From an uncultured delta proteobacterium (lineage in GTDB: Bacteria > Desulfobacterota > Binatia > UBA9968), in the NCBI GenBank assembly GCA_963745835.1, contig CAVUZH010000016.1, positions 480,001 through 544,000 on the forward strand: a stretch of DNA of 64,000 nt. The letters are read 5' to 3'. The notes beneath the pieces are model-generated. The model was given only the letters and a program-made list of their open reading frames with translations, made no database searches and was not told the DNA's origin. This document shows, in pieces, positions 11,519 to 21,451 of this stretch; position 1 is the first letter of the stretch; each line of letters opens with the position of its first letter. The position numbers and the translations under genes are program-made.

Positions 11519-12289
11519 TTATAAGGAAGGACCTGAGAAACCATCGCGGCGAATCCGCCAGAAATGCACCGCCATCAAGATGCTGGCAACCAAAGGAATG
11601 AAGATGCAATGCAGAATGTAAAATCGCAATAAGGTATGGGGACCGATCTCGCCGCCGCCGAATAGGAACGCCCGCGCATCGTAGATCGGATTGGCGCCGA
11701 CAAAGTCGGCAAACGGACCTTCATAGCCCAATAACGGCGTCGCGCGTGCCATGTTCGAACCTACCGTGACCGCCCAGATAGCAAGCTGATCCCAGGGCAG
11801 CAGATAACCGGTGAAGCTCAGCAATAGCGTCAGCACCAGCAGCAACACACCGACAATCCAGTTAAACTCCCGCGGCGGTTTGTAAGAGCCGGTCAGGAAT
11901 ACGCGAAACATATGCAGCCACACGAAAACGATCATGGCGTGCGCGGCCCATCGATGCATGTTGCGCATGAGCATGCCGAACGGCATGTCGGTCTCCAGGT
12001 ACTTCATATCCGCATAAGCGTACTCGGCGACCGGACGGTAATAGAACATTAAATAAACCCCGGTTATCACAGTCATCAAAAACATTAAGAAAGTCAGCCC
12101 GCCCATGCACCAGGTAAAGCGCATTCTGACGGCATGGCGGCGCACCTTTGCGGGATGAAGATGAAGAAAAACGTTTGAGGTAACCATCATCACGCGGTTT
12201 CGCGGGGTATCTTCATAGCCATGACGAAAGATCGACTTCCAGACGTGGCTCTCTACGATATCGCTTTTGATCTTTTCTAAAAGACTCAT
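11519..12289 (-). CDS. petB: Cytochrome b6-like (N-terminal half of split cytochrome b)
   Basis: WCMGG (heme ci Cys), [49 protein letters not shown]. Confidence 0.92.
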   Translation of the reverse strand: MSLLEKIKSDIVESHVWKSIFRHGYEDTPRNRVMMVTSNVFLHLHPAKVRRHAVRMRFTWCMGGLTFLMFLMTVITGVYLMFYYRPVAEYAYADMKYLETDMPFGMLMRNMHRWAAHAMIVFVWLHMFRVFLTGSYKPPREFNWIVGVLLLVLTLLLSFTGYLLPWDQLAIWAVTVGSNMARATPLLGYEGPFADFVGANPIYDARAFLFGGGEIGPHTLLRFYILHCIFIPLVASILMAVHFWRIRRDGFSGPSL

Positions 12290-12301
12290 GTTTCCTATCC
12301 G

Positions 12302-12820
12302 TTAAACTTTCAAAATGCTTTCTGCATGCTGCTCATCCGGCTCCCCGCCCGGCCCCATTTTGAATACCTTGCTTTTGTCGACCACAAGTTGACCATCGTC
12401 ACCGAGGGTAATTTGAAAACGGTCCAAAGGCCGCGGCGCCGGACCTTCGAAATTCAATCCGGATTTAAAGAACCCGCTGCCGTGACAGGGGCATTTGAAT
12501 TTGGCTTCAGTGGCGAGCCAGCGCGGCGTGCAGCCGAGATGAGTGCATTTGGCGAAGATCGCGTAAATTCCAGTGTCTTCCCGAATAATCCATACGCGCT
12601 GATCCTGCTTGTATTTTTCGCTGACTTCGCCGATGGCATAGTCCGAAGGCGAGCCTGCTTTGAAAGTAGATGGTGGCTGGAACAACACACGCGGAAACGC
12701 GGAACGAAGAAAACCTAACAGGCTCAAGCCGCCGAATATTCCAAATCCGCCCCAACCCAGGCGTGTGAAAAAGTCTCTCCGGGACCAGATACCGCGCTTT
12801 TTCTTTTCCTCTTCTGGCAT
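12302..12820 (-). CDS. Rieske 2Fe-2S subunit
   Basis: Tat motif SRRDFF plus TM anchor; CTHLGC and CPCHGS; GPAPRPL. Confidence 0.95.
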   Translation of the reverse strand: MPEEEKKKRGIWSRRDFFTRLGWGGFGIFGGLSLLGFLRSAFPRVLFQPPSTFKAGSPSDYAIGEVSEKYKQDQRVWIIREDTGIYAIFAKCTHLGCTPRWLATEAKFKCPCHGSGFFKSGLNFEGPAPRPLDRFQITLGDDGQLVVDKSKVFKMGPGGEPDEQHAESILKV

Positions 12821-12827
12821 ACTGCTC

Positions 12828-13175
12828 TTATCCTTTGATCCAACTGATGACTGCTCCCCAGGTTACAAAGATCACGCCGGCCAACATCAGAACCAAACCG
12901 ACCGGTCCAAAAATAAACGACAGACCTGCGCCCACACAAAAAATCAAAATCCCTGTTCCCAACGGATTGAATGGCGCCGGAGCTGACCCTGGTTGGCTCT
13001 CTTGGTCCTCAGCCTTGTGGATGAACTCCTCTCGGATGAGGGCAAATGCCAGCTCTTTAAGATCGTTGCGCTGCTCAGGGTCGGCGCCCTGAATCAGACG
13101 GCCAAGCTCTTGAGCTACCTTTTCGATCTCTTGTTCACGCGCTTGCGGCGCTAGGTTGGGCAGATTAGAAATCAC
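12828..13175 (-). CDS. Hypothetical protein with two C-terminal TM helices, first gene of the bc operon
   Basis: 115-aa ORF ending 7 nt before the Rieske start; hydrophobic hairpin at the C-terminus. Confidence 0.65.
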   Translation of the reverse strand: MISNLPNLAPQAREQEIEKVAQELGRLIQGADPEQRNDLKELAFALIREEFIHKAEDQESQPGSAPAPFNPLGTGILIFCVGAGLSFIFGPVGLVLMLAGVIFVTWGAVISWIKG

Positions 13176-13189
13176 TTAAGATCAGAGCA

Positions 13190-13220
13190 GTTGATTAATA
13201 TAGAAAAAAAAACTTGTCAA
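13190..13220 (-). promoter_or_regulatory. Putative sigma70 promoter of the bc operon
   Basis: TTGACA followed by a T-run and AT-rich TATTAATC; spacing uncertain because of the homopolymer. Confidence 0.45.
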
Positions 13221-13241
13221 CCATTTGGCCCCTTAGAGACA

Positions 13242-13724
13242 TTATCGCGCCAATAAAACCACCGCGGTCGCGGCCATACCTTCTCCCTTTCCAGCCCATC
13301 CGAGTTCTTCGGTCGTGCTGGCTTTAATGTTGATCCTATTTTTGTCGACTTTAAAGTATCCTGCCACGTTTGTTCTTATTGCCGCGTAATGAGGCGCCAG
13401 CCTGGGTTCCTGCGCCACCAGCGTGACATCGGCGTTGATTAGTTTAAAGCGCTTGCGGCGCATCATCGCAAGAACCTCCGCCAAGAGTTTGGCGCTTTCG
13501 ATATTCTTGTAACGCGGATCGCTGTCGGGGAAGTGCGTGCCGATATCTCCTTCCGCCATCGCGCCAAGCAGCGCGTTCATCAAAGCGTGCAACAAGACAT
13601 CCGCATCGGAATGACCGATCAGCCCAAGCTTATGCGGTATCTCAACACCGCCCAGGATCAGTTTACGACCGCGCCGGAATCGATGCACGTCGAAGCCATG
13701 TCCGATGCGTATCTCCGCTGCCAT
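13242..13724 (-). CDS. ispF: 2-C-methyl-D-erythritol 2,4-cyclodiphosphate synthase
   Basis: RIGHGFDVH, LGGVEIP, GHSDADVLLHA, GDIGTHFPD, KASTTEELG. Confidence 0.97.
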   Translation of the reverse strand: MAAEIRIGHGFDVHRFRRGRKLILGGVEIPHKLGLIGHSDADVLLHALMNALLGAMAEGDIGTHFPDSDPRYKNIESAKLLAEVLAMMRRKRFKLINADVTLVAQEPRLAPHYAAIRTNVAGYFKVDKNRINIKASTTEELGWAGKGEGMAATAVVLLAR

Positions 13725-13982
13725 GGTTGGGAAATCTATCCTGGCTTGCAAGCGATCACAAGAATGCCGAACTTTGAAACCCGGGAAGAATTCTGACGCC
13801 CTTGACTCGATATCAGCCGATTTGTGAGTTCCTATCGTCTCCGTGGCTCCGTAGAATGTGAAATCTGTTTACACGCGCTCAGAAGACTCAGAAGCCGCGC
13901 AGCCAAGCCTATGCCGCTTTGTCGGGGACGGCTAGCATTGGCCTATATTGATGGTTATACTCTCCCTCTGGTAAAGACCGCG

Positions 13983-14720
13983 ATGATTCTAATTTTTTCT
14001 CTGTTGTTTGTTTTGGGGCTTCCGCTCTACACGGTTCTTTCAGGACAGGTTCCCTTGGGCAGAGACTATCGAACCGCGGACCGTTCGAGTTCTGGGATTG
14101 CGCCGCCGGCGGAGACCACGCCCGAAGCGGTCGTACAAGTCTATGGCGCTCGCGCGCTTAACTGGCGCGGCATTTTTGGTGTGCATACGTGGATCGCCAC
14201 CAAGCCGCCTGATGCGACTCAATATACAATCCATCATGTTATCGGTTGGCGGGCATACCGAAATTTACCCGTGATCGTTTCCGCGCCGGGTATTCCCGAC
14301 GGACGCTGGTTTGGCAACGAGCCCGAGCTTCTCCTGGATATCCGCGGCGATGTCGCCGCCGCGGCAATCCCAAAAATTGTCCAGGCCACTGCGACTTATC
14401 CCTACGCCGATGAGTATCAACTTTGGCCAGGCCCTAACAGCAACACTTTTATGGCTTACGTCGGCCGGCAAGTGCCGGAACTAAAAATGGACCTTCCCGC
14501 CACCGCCATCGGCAAGGACTATCCGATCAACGGCTCGATGATCGATCGGGCGCCCAGCGGAACTGGTTATCAGCTTTCACTATTGGGAGTGTTTGGAATC
14601 ATGTTGGCGTGCGAAGAAGGCATCGAATTGAATCTGCTTGGCCTGAGTTTCGGCGTTGACATTCTCAAGCCCGCGCTGAAGCTACCATTCATTGGCCGCC
14701 TCGGCGTCAGCGAATTGTAG
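13983..14720 (+). CDS. DUF3750 family protein
   Basis: ADRSSSGIAP, AVVQVYGARA..WRGIFGVHTW, PDGRWFG, YQLWPGPNSNTF, LPATAIGKDY; start approximate. Confidence 0.85.
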   Translation: MILIFSLLFVLGLPLYTVLSGQVPLGRDYRTADRSSSGIAPPAETTPEAVVQVYGARALNWRGIFGVHTWIATKPPDATQYTIHHVIGWRAYRNLPVIVSAPGIPDGRWFGNEPELLLDIRGDVAAAAIPKIVQATATYPYADEYQLWPGPNSNTFMAYVGRQVPELKMDLPATAIGKDYPINGSMIDRAPSGTGYQLSLLGVFGIMLACEEGIELNLLGLSFGVDILKPALKLPFIGRLGVSEL

Positions 14721-16203
14721 AGGCGCGCGCCGGCTTCGACCGATTATTCTCCACCGATAACGCGCTAATCACCGCGCCGACAACACAGAGCGCAGCCCCA
14801 GTCAAAAAGGCATAACGGAATCCTTCCATAAAGGCCGGCAGGACCGCTCCGGCGCCGATGCTTGTGGCGTTCTTCAGATCATCGACTGCATTTCTTCCGG
14901 TAACCGCGACCAGCCGCGCGCTGATAATTGCGGTGGCCAACGCCGTCCCGGCAGAATGACCCAGACTACGGACGACTGACAAGAAAGATGATCCCACTCC
15001 CAGCCGTTCTCTGGGAATCGAGCTCATCAGCGAATTGTTGTTCGGAGTTTGAAAGATTCCCAACCCCAATCCTAAGAGTCCTAATCTTAGAACTAAGTCA
15101 AAAGAAGACGCGTTAACCGAAACATAAGCCAGGAGAACGCAGGCAATTGCCTTGAGCGTTAAACCCACCGCCGTAAGCAAGCGAGCCGAAACCTTCTCCG
15201 AAAGCCATCCTGCTAGCGGCGCCAGCAATGCCAACGCTAATGGCGTCGGCGCGACGAGCAGCCCCGCCTGCAGCGGATCCAAGCCCATGGCGAGCTGCAA
15301 AAAGAACGGCATGACTAGATTATTTAGGCTAATAACCATGAAGCTGATCAAACGAGCGATGTTGCCATGGGTAAATGCGCGAATCTGAAAAAGTCGCAAA
15401 TCAAGCAGAGGAAAGCGGCTGCCCGCCTCCCACCAAATGAAAAAAGCTAATGTGGCCAGACCAAGACCGAGTTCGCTTAGGATCAGAACGCTGCTCCAAC
15501 CCGCACTCTGCCCTGCCGTTAGCCCCAGCAGCAAGGCGCATATAGCCAACGCGAAACTCACCGCGCCGGCAAAGTCGAAGGACTCTTTCGCGCCCCGCCG
15601 TGCCGGCTCATCGGCGTCATCGCGCAGCAGATAACACGCCGCCGCAAAACCGATAAACGACAGCAGCGAAGTCAGAAAAAAGTTGGACCGCCAGCCCAGC
15701 GCATAAGTGAGTAGCCCGCCAATCACCGGGCCCAAGGTATAGCCGAGCGCTGAAACCGTGCCGCCGGCGATTCCCATAGCGCGACCGCGCTCCTCCGGCG
15801 GAAAAATCGCCGCCACCATCGCGAAGCTGTTCGTCATAATCAGTGCGCTGCCGATCGCCTGCAGCCCGCGCAAGAAAATCAATTGCCAAGCGTCCTGCGC
15901 AAAACCGGCGATCAGCGAAGTCCCCGCATAGAGAAAGAATCCTACCCGGTAAACCTTGGCCCGGCCGATCATGTCCGAGAGTCTGCCGCAGGGAAGATAG
16001 AGGGACGCCGTCACCAGCGCATAGATCAACGCGATCCAGCCGGCCAAAGCCAGGTCGGCGTGCAAATCGGTGATAATCACCGGAAGCGCAATGCTGAGCA
16101 GCCCGATATCGGTGGTCACCATAAACGTTCCTAATGACACAACCGCCAACGACCACCACCGATGGCGCTGCGTGATCGGTTCATGACCGTGGGACGAAAT
16201 CAT
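14707..16203 (-). CDS. MFS transporter, DHA2 (EmrB/QacA) family
   Basis: About 14 TMs; GRLSDMIGR, LRGLQAIG, GPVIGG, FDFAGA, PLLDLRLF. Confidence 0.9.
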   Translation of the reverse strand: MISSHGHEPITQRHRWWSLAVVSLGTFMVTTDIGLLSIALPVIITDLHADLALAGWIALIYALVTASLYLPCGRLSDMIGRAKVYRVGFFLYAGTSLIAGFAQDAWQLIFLRGLQAIGSALIMTNSFAMVAAIFPPEERGRAMGIAGGTVSALGYTLGPVIGGLLTYALGWRSNFFLTSLLSFIGFAAACYLLRDDADEPARRGAKESFDFAGAVSFALAICALLLGLTAGQSAGWSSVLILSELGLGLATLAFFIWWEAGSRFPLLDLRLFQIRAFTHGNIARLISFMVISLNNLVMPFFLQLAMGLDPLQAGLLVAPTPLALALLAPLAGWLSEKVSARLLTAVGLTLKAIACVLLAYVSVNASSFDLVLRLGLLGLGLGIFQTPNNNSLMSSIPRERLGVGSSFLSVVRSLGHSAGTALATAIISARLVAVTGRNAVDDLKNATSIGAGAVLPAFMEGFRYAFLTGAALCVVGAVISALSVENNRSKPARASTIR

Positions 16204-16458
16204 GGGCGTAAAGAATGTGATGTGACTAAGGCGTTCCGGATGATTAACCGTGTGGTACTAAAAGGCCAGCCCATCGGTTAGAGTTGGACTTCTGCCTCGA
16301 TACTCCGGTGCAAGGTGATTTTCTACACTGACGGCTGAGGCGCGAGCTTCGGACCGGCGCAGTGGAGCTATTCACTGCCATTACTTCACTCTCCCGCGTC
16401 GCCGTAGAATCGCTCACAGCTTTGTTTTGTGGGATCGATAACGATCGCAACGCCGCGG

Positions 16459-17253
16459 TCATTGGACAACCGGCCAGCAACGCCCTTTCCTTTTCATGAT
16501 GTTCAAGGATACACCGTAGAGCTCCCGCAAAATATTGCCCTTCAGCACGCGATCCGTATTGCCACAATGAACTACCCGGCCGTCTTTCAAGATGAGAGTT
16601 TTTTTGAAGATTGGCAGAATTTCTTCGACATGATGGGTGACATAGATCAGAGCCGGGATTTTTGCCTGGCGGGCGATTCGTCCAAGCGTCGCCAAAAAGT
16701 TTTCACGCGCGCCCGGATCCATGCCGGCGCACGGCTCATCCAACACAATCAGGTAGGGCCGTGTCATGCGGGCGCGCGCGATCAATACCTTCTGCTGCTC
16801 ACCCTGAGATAAAACCCCAAACTCCTGATCGCGCAGATGATCGCAATCCATCTCGGACAAGTAGCGCCGCGCGGCGGCGTAATCCCTTTTGCCGGCGTCG
16901 CCGCCAAATTGTTCGAGAAGGCCGATCTGCGCGAACCTTCCCGATACCACAGTTCTAATGACTCTTTCGTGATTCGGTATTTGCGCCGTCAAAGTTGATG
17001 TTACCCAGCCGATGCTCTTGCGCAGTTCAGGAAGATTCGTCAGCAATCTCCCTCGCCGATACACTTGGCCGCCGGCGTTAGGCCAGATATAGCCACAAGC
17101 AATCTTTAACAGTGTGGTCTTGCCGGAACCATTGGGACCCAGAATGGCCCAATGCTCGCCGGATCGAACCGACCAGTTGATCTTCCGGAGAATTGTTTTG
17201 CCGTTGCCGACGTATGAAACATCGCGAAGTTCGAGCGCAGGAATTTCTATCAC
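16459..17253 (-). CDS. ABC ATPase (ModF/YlmA-like)
   Basis: GEHWAILGPNGSGKTT, LSQGEQQ, LDEPCAGMD, YVTHHVEEI. Confidence 0.9.
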   Translation of the reverse strand: MIEIPALELRDVSYVGNGKTILRKINWSVRSGEHWAILGPNGSGKTTLLKIACGYIWPNAGGQVYRRGRLLTNLPELRKSIGWVTSTLTAQIPNHERVIRTVVSGRFAQIGLLEQFGGDAGKRDYAAARRYLSEMDCDHLRDQEFGVLSQGEQQKVLIARARMTRPYLIVLDEPCAGMDPGARENFLATLGRIARQAKIPALIYVTHHVEEILPIFKKTLILKDGRVVHCGNTDRVLKGNILRELYGVSLNIMKRKGRCWPVVQ

Positions 17254-17434
17254 GCGGGTTAAACCTCGACACAGAACTAATGCACTTTTGCTCAAAGTAA
17301 AAGCATTCCGCATTAGCCTTGGTTTTTCTTGAGCCTGCAGTTATGTCTGCGGTAATGCTGAAGCGGTGCCGGAAGACCAACGCGAGGCAGCGTTTTTCAG
17401 TAGCCGTGGAGATTAATAGGTAAGGGAGGCATAG

Positions 17435-18715
17435 ATGACTGGTTCAACGACGGAGCAGGACGCGGTTCTCAAATTAATCGATGAACAGGAGTTGGTCGAA
17501 TTGGCTGTGGCGATGGGAAATATCAAGGCGCCATCTGGCTACGAGCAACCGATGGCGGATTTCGTGCTGCGATGGCTCAAAGCAAATGGTTTTGACAACT
17601 CCTACCAGCAACTGGTTTCCGAAGGGCGCTCAAATACGATCGGCATACTGCGCGGCACGGGCCTGGGTAAGAGTTTGATCTTCAACAGCCATATGGATTC
17701 CGAACAAGGCATGCCGATGCGCATCGATGAGGAACCTCCACCTGGCCCCACCGCTTCAGTAGATCAGGATAAGAAAAGAATCTTTGGCCTGGCGGTGCAA
17801 AACGATCGCGGCCCAATGGCGGCCTTCATGATCGCCACCAAAGCCATCAAAAACAGCGGCATTGGTTTGGCAGGCGATATCCTCATGACGATGGTAGTCG
17901 GCGAGATCGGCATGGGGCCTGTGGATGAATTCCGCGGCGCGAAATTCATCGGCAAAGGTTATGGCAGCCGGCATGCAGTGACCCACGGCATCAACGGAAA
18001 TTTCGCTTTGATCGCCGAAACCACCGATTTTGGCGTCACCTGGATCGAGGCAGGCGCCGCCTATTTTAAAGTGACGGTGGACGGTAAAAGTTTTTATACA
18101 CCTAGAATACCCGAACGGGGTGAGCTCAAAGACAATCCCAATGCCCTGATCAAAATGATTGCGGTGATCGAAGCCATCGAGAAGTGGGCCGTAGAATATG
18201 AGAGAAAACACACGATCGAATATCCGGTTGGCAAAATGGTGCCCAAAGTCAGTATCGGCGCGATTCGCGCCGGCGCGCCGTACAAGCCCAGCACCACACC
18301 GAAAAGTTGCAGCATCTATGTTGACGTGCGGGTGCCGCCGCCGCTGGAGTTCAATCTGGTGGAGCGGGAACTCCGCGATGTTGTCCAATCGGTGGGACTG
18401 GGCGGAACGGTCGAATGTTTCATGGCGCGCAAAGGCTACGAAGGCAAGAATGTTGAGCCTTTGATCGATGCGATTCGCAATGCGCATTCGCTCGTGAGAG
18501 GCGCTCCACCGCCGCCCGTAAGCACGGCTGAAACCAGTATGTGGCGCGACATCAATATTTTTAACGAAGTGGGAATTCCCGCGGCGACTTTTGGTATGCC
18601 GCGCAAGAGCGCGCCGGACGCAGTTGAGCGATTCGTCGAAATAAAGGACATCGTCGATGCCGCCAAGATGTATGCACTCGTGGCGCTGGAGGTTTGCAGT
18701 GGACGGCAGAGTTGA
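17435..18715 (+). CDS. M20/ArgE-DapE-like metallo-hydrolase with divergent metal ligands
   Basis: APSGYE, KSLIFNSHMD, NDRG, VVGEIG, IAETT; dimerisation domain; GGGAGG RBS. Confidence 0.85.
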   Translation: MTGSTTEQDAVLKLIDEQELVELAVAMGNIKAPSGYEQPMADFVLRWLKANGFDNSYQQLVSEGRSNTIGILRGTGLGKSLIFNSHMDSEQGMPMRIDEEPPPGPTASVDQDKKRIFGLAVQNDRGPMAAFMIATKAIKNSGIGLAGDILMTMVVGEIGMGPVDEFRGAKFIGKGYGSRHAVTHGINGNFALIAETTDFGVTWIEAGAAYFKVTVDGKSFYTPRIPERGELKDNPNALIKMIAVIEAIEKWAVEYERKHTIEYPVGKMVPKVSIGAIRAGAPYKPSTTPKSCSIYVDVRVPPPLEFNLVERELRDVVQSVGLGGTVECFMARKGYEGKNVEPLIDAIRNAHSLVRGAPPPPVSTAETSMWRDINIFNEVGIPAATFGMPRKSAPDAVERFVEIKDIVDAAKMYALVALEVCSGRQS

Positions 18716-18886
18716 CGGAAAAGAACGAAGAAGCTCGCACGATGGAGTCCGGAATCTCTTGCTCGTTCATCTCTGCGGCCGCTAGCGACGGGATACTTCG
18801 AAACACGATACGATGCGGTAAGCAGCCCGCACAGAATACAAGACAGTCAGTTGACAAGCCCATTCGACCATAGTAAGCCGCGACCC

Positions 18887-21301
18887 ATGAGCGACATGAT
18901 TTCGGTTGCCGAACAAACCAACAGCAATCACTCGGTACGCGGCTACTGCGCGTTGTGCACGGCACACTGTGCCACTATCGCCACGGTGGAAAACGGCCGG
19001 GTCGTCGCTCTCGATGCCGATCACGATCACCCCAATGGCGGCGTCATATGCGTCAAAGGCAAGGCCGCCCCGGAGCTGGTTTATCATCCCGATCGACTCA
19101 ATCATCCGCTCAAGCGCACCAGGCCCAAGGGCGATGCCGATGCGGGCTGGCAGCCAGTGAGCTGGGAAGACGCCCTGGATGATATCGCAAGTCGCCTCAG
19201 CGCGATCCGTAATCAGTATGGCGCTAAGGCATTGGCGCTGGGTAAAGGGACCCGAAGCGGCACTTCAGTGGCTGATGTCGAGCGCTGGTTGGGCCGCTTT
19301 CTCTATTTGTTCGGCAGCCCCAATTGGGTATCGACAACGCATGTCTGCAACTGGCACAAAGACACCGGTTTCAGTTACACCTTCGGCAGCGGCATTCCAA
19401 CGCCGGACCTGGCGCACAGCAAAAGCTTTCTTCTATGGGGCCACAATCCAAGCTCGACGTCATTAATCCTCGCCCACGATATCGTCACTGCGCGCAGGCG
19501 CGGCATGAAAACTGTCGTGATCGATCCGCGCCGCGTCGGCATCGGCAGTCAAGCCGACATGCTGTTGCAACCGCGGCCCGGCACGGACGGCGCGCTCGCG
19601 TTGGCTTTAATCCATTGCCTTATGGAGGAGAGCTGGTACGACGCCGGCTTTGCGCGTCAATGGACCAACGGCTCCTTTCTTTTAGATACCGCCACCAACA
19701 AAGTCGTCCGCGAAGCCGACCTTGTCGCGAATGGCGCGGCGAATCGATATCTCGTATGGGATGAAATAAAAAATCAAGCCGTCATCTATGATCCGAGCAC
19801 CGGCGGCTACGAACGCGACAATATCCAGCCCGCGCTGTTCGGCCGGCGGGCATTGAAAGGAAAATCCGGCGAAGAAATCGCATGCATGCCGGTTTTTGAA
19901 AAACTCGGCGAGATCGCTTCGGCGTATGCGCCCGAACGCTCGGAAAAGATCACCTGGGTGCCGGCGAAAAACGTTTGGCGCACCGCTTTGCTACTGGCGC
20001 ACAATCGACCGGTCAGCATGTACATGTGGAACGGGCTTGGGCAGCATACCAATGCGACGCAGACCAGCCGCGCCATCGCATCGCTCTATGCGCTTCTCGG
20101 CGACTACGATCGCCAGGGAGGTAACGTTATTTTCCCTGGCTTGAAGGTCAATGATGTCGGCGGTAAGGAATTTTTACCGAAGGATATGGCCGCCATTCGC
20201 ATCGGCCGCGAGAAAAAACCGCTTGGCCCGCCGGCCAAGCCCGGCAACTGCACGGCATACGATATTTTCACAGCGATCCTCGAACAGCAGCCTTACCCGG
20301 TCAAAGCGTTTCTGAACTTCGGCTCCAACACGGTCCTCTCCACCGCGGACTCGAGGCGCGCCCGGGAGGCGATGATGGCCCTCGAACTCGGCGTCGCAGC
20401 CGATCTCTTTATGACGCCGACAGCGGAGCTTTGCGATTACGTGCTGCCGGCCACGAGTTTCCTGGAGATGGCAAGTATCACGACGAGCTTTGAACACCGC
20501 GCGGCGGGCAAGACTCACATGCAGTACCGGCCAGCGGTGGTGCAACCGCCGGGCGAGCGGCGCTCCGATACCTGGATCATTTTCGAATTGGCCAAACGGC
20601 TCGGCTTCGGCGAAAAATTCTGGGACGGTGATGTCGAAGCCGGTTACGCCTACGAGCTCGAACCCACCGGAGTGACTTTAACGCAACTCAAGCAGTCTGT
20701 CGGCGGGATCTCACTTCCAGCGCAGCCGGCCTACCAGAAATACGCTGCGACCAGCAAAGACGGCGCGGTGCGTGGTTTTGCCACACCTTCGAAGAAGGTT
20801 GAGCTTTACTGCGGGACCTTTGCCGCGCACGGCTATCCGGCGCTGCCGGAATACATCGAGCCAGCGTTGAGTCCGGTCAGTCGGCCGGACATCGCCGCGG
20901 AATATCCGCTTGTGCTGACCAACGCCAAGTTCACAACCTTCATTCATAGCCAGCAACGCGCGCTGCCGGGTTTGCGTAAAATATCGCCGCAGCCTACCGC
21001 CGATATTCATCCCGAAACGGCTGCGCTCTATGGGATTACCAACAAAGAGTGGATGATTGTCGAAAGCCCGCGTGGCGCGATCAAAGTGAAGGCGCGAGTA
21101 ACCACGAACATCGTCCCCGGCGTGATCTGTTGCCAGCACGGCTGGTGGCAGGATTGCAAAGAGCTGGAGCTGCCCGGTTATAATCCCTACAACAGCAACG
21201 GCGCCAATCCGTCCACTCTCATCGGCACGGACATCGCCGACCCTGTCAGCGGCTCACTGCCGCACCGTTCTTATCTTTGCCGCGTACGTCCGGCGGCTTA
21301 A
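18887..21301 (+). CDS. Mo/W-bisPGD oxidoreductase, acetylene-hydratase-like subfamily
   Basis: CALCTAHC..CVKG 4Fe-4S site, HPDRLNHPLKR, THVCNW metal Cys, PRPGTDGALAL, DLFMTPTAELCDYVLPA, C-terminal FIHSQ..IHPETA; no Tat signal. Confidence 0.9.
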   Translation: MSDMISVAEQTNSNHSVRGYCALCTAHCATIATVENGRVVALDADHDHPNGGVICVKGKAAPELVYHPDRLNHPLKRTRPKGDADAGWQPVSWEDALDDIASRLSAIRNQYGAKALALGKGTRSGTSVADVERWLGRFLYLFGSPNWVSTTHVCNWHKDTGFSYTFGSGIPTPDLAHSKSFLLWGHNPSSTSLILAHDIVTARRRGMKTVVIDPRRVGIGSQADMLLQPRPGTDGALALALIHCLMEESWYDAGFARQWTNGSFLLDTATNKVVREADLVANGAANRYLVWDEIKNQAVIYDPSTGGYERDNIQPALFGRRALKGKSGEEIACMPVFEKLGEIASAYAPERSEKITWVPAKNVWRTALLLAHNRPVSMYMWNGLGQHTNATQTSRAIASLYALLGDYDRQGGNVIFPGLKVNDVGGKEFLPKDMAAIRIGREKKPLGPPAKPGNCTAYDIFTAILEQQPYPVKAFLNFGSNTVLSTADSRRAREAMMALELGVAADLFMTPTAELCDYVLPATSFLEMASITTSFEHRAAGKTHMQYRPAVVQPPGERRSDTWIIFELAKRLGFGEKFWDGDVEAGYAYELEPTGVTLTQLKQSVGGISLPAQPAYQKYAATSKDGAVRGFATPSKKVELYCGTFAAHGYPALPEYIEPALSPVSRPDIAAEYPLVLTNAKFTTFIHSQQRALPGLRKISPQPTADIHPETAALYGITNKEWMIVESPRGAIKVKARVTTNIVPGVICCQHGWWQDCKELELPGYNPYNSNGANPSTLIGTDIADPVSGSLPHRSYLCRVRPAA

Positions 21302-21451
21302 GCGAAAAATATTAGCCACTGTGCACACTGAAATAAGAATCGTGTCTAGCGATGATCTCCTTCGTGAACTTTGCTTCAAGACCTCGAATGTTTCGAAACA
21401 GCAAGAAAAACTAGTATCACTGCGGCAGCGGCATTTAGGAGGGTCCTTTCA

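Noticed and set aside
16322-16410. Hairpin GCAGTGGA-GCTA-TTCACTGC and faint resemblance to the 170-nt element ends
   Set aside because: The similarity is too short to distinguish from chance, and there is no U-tract.
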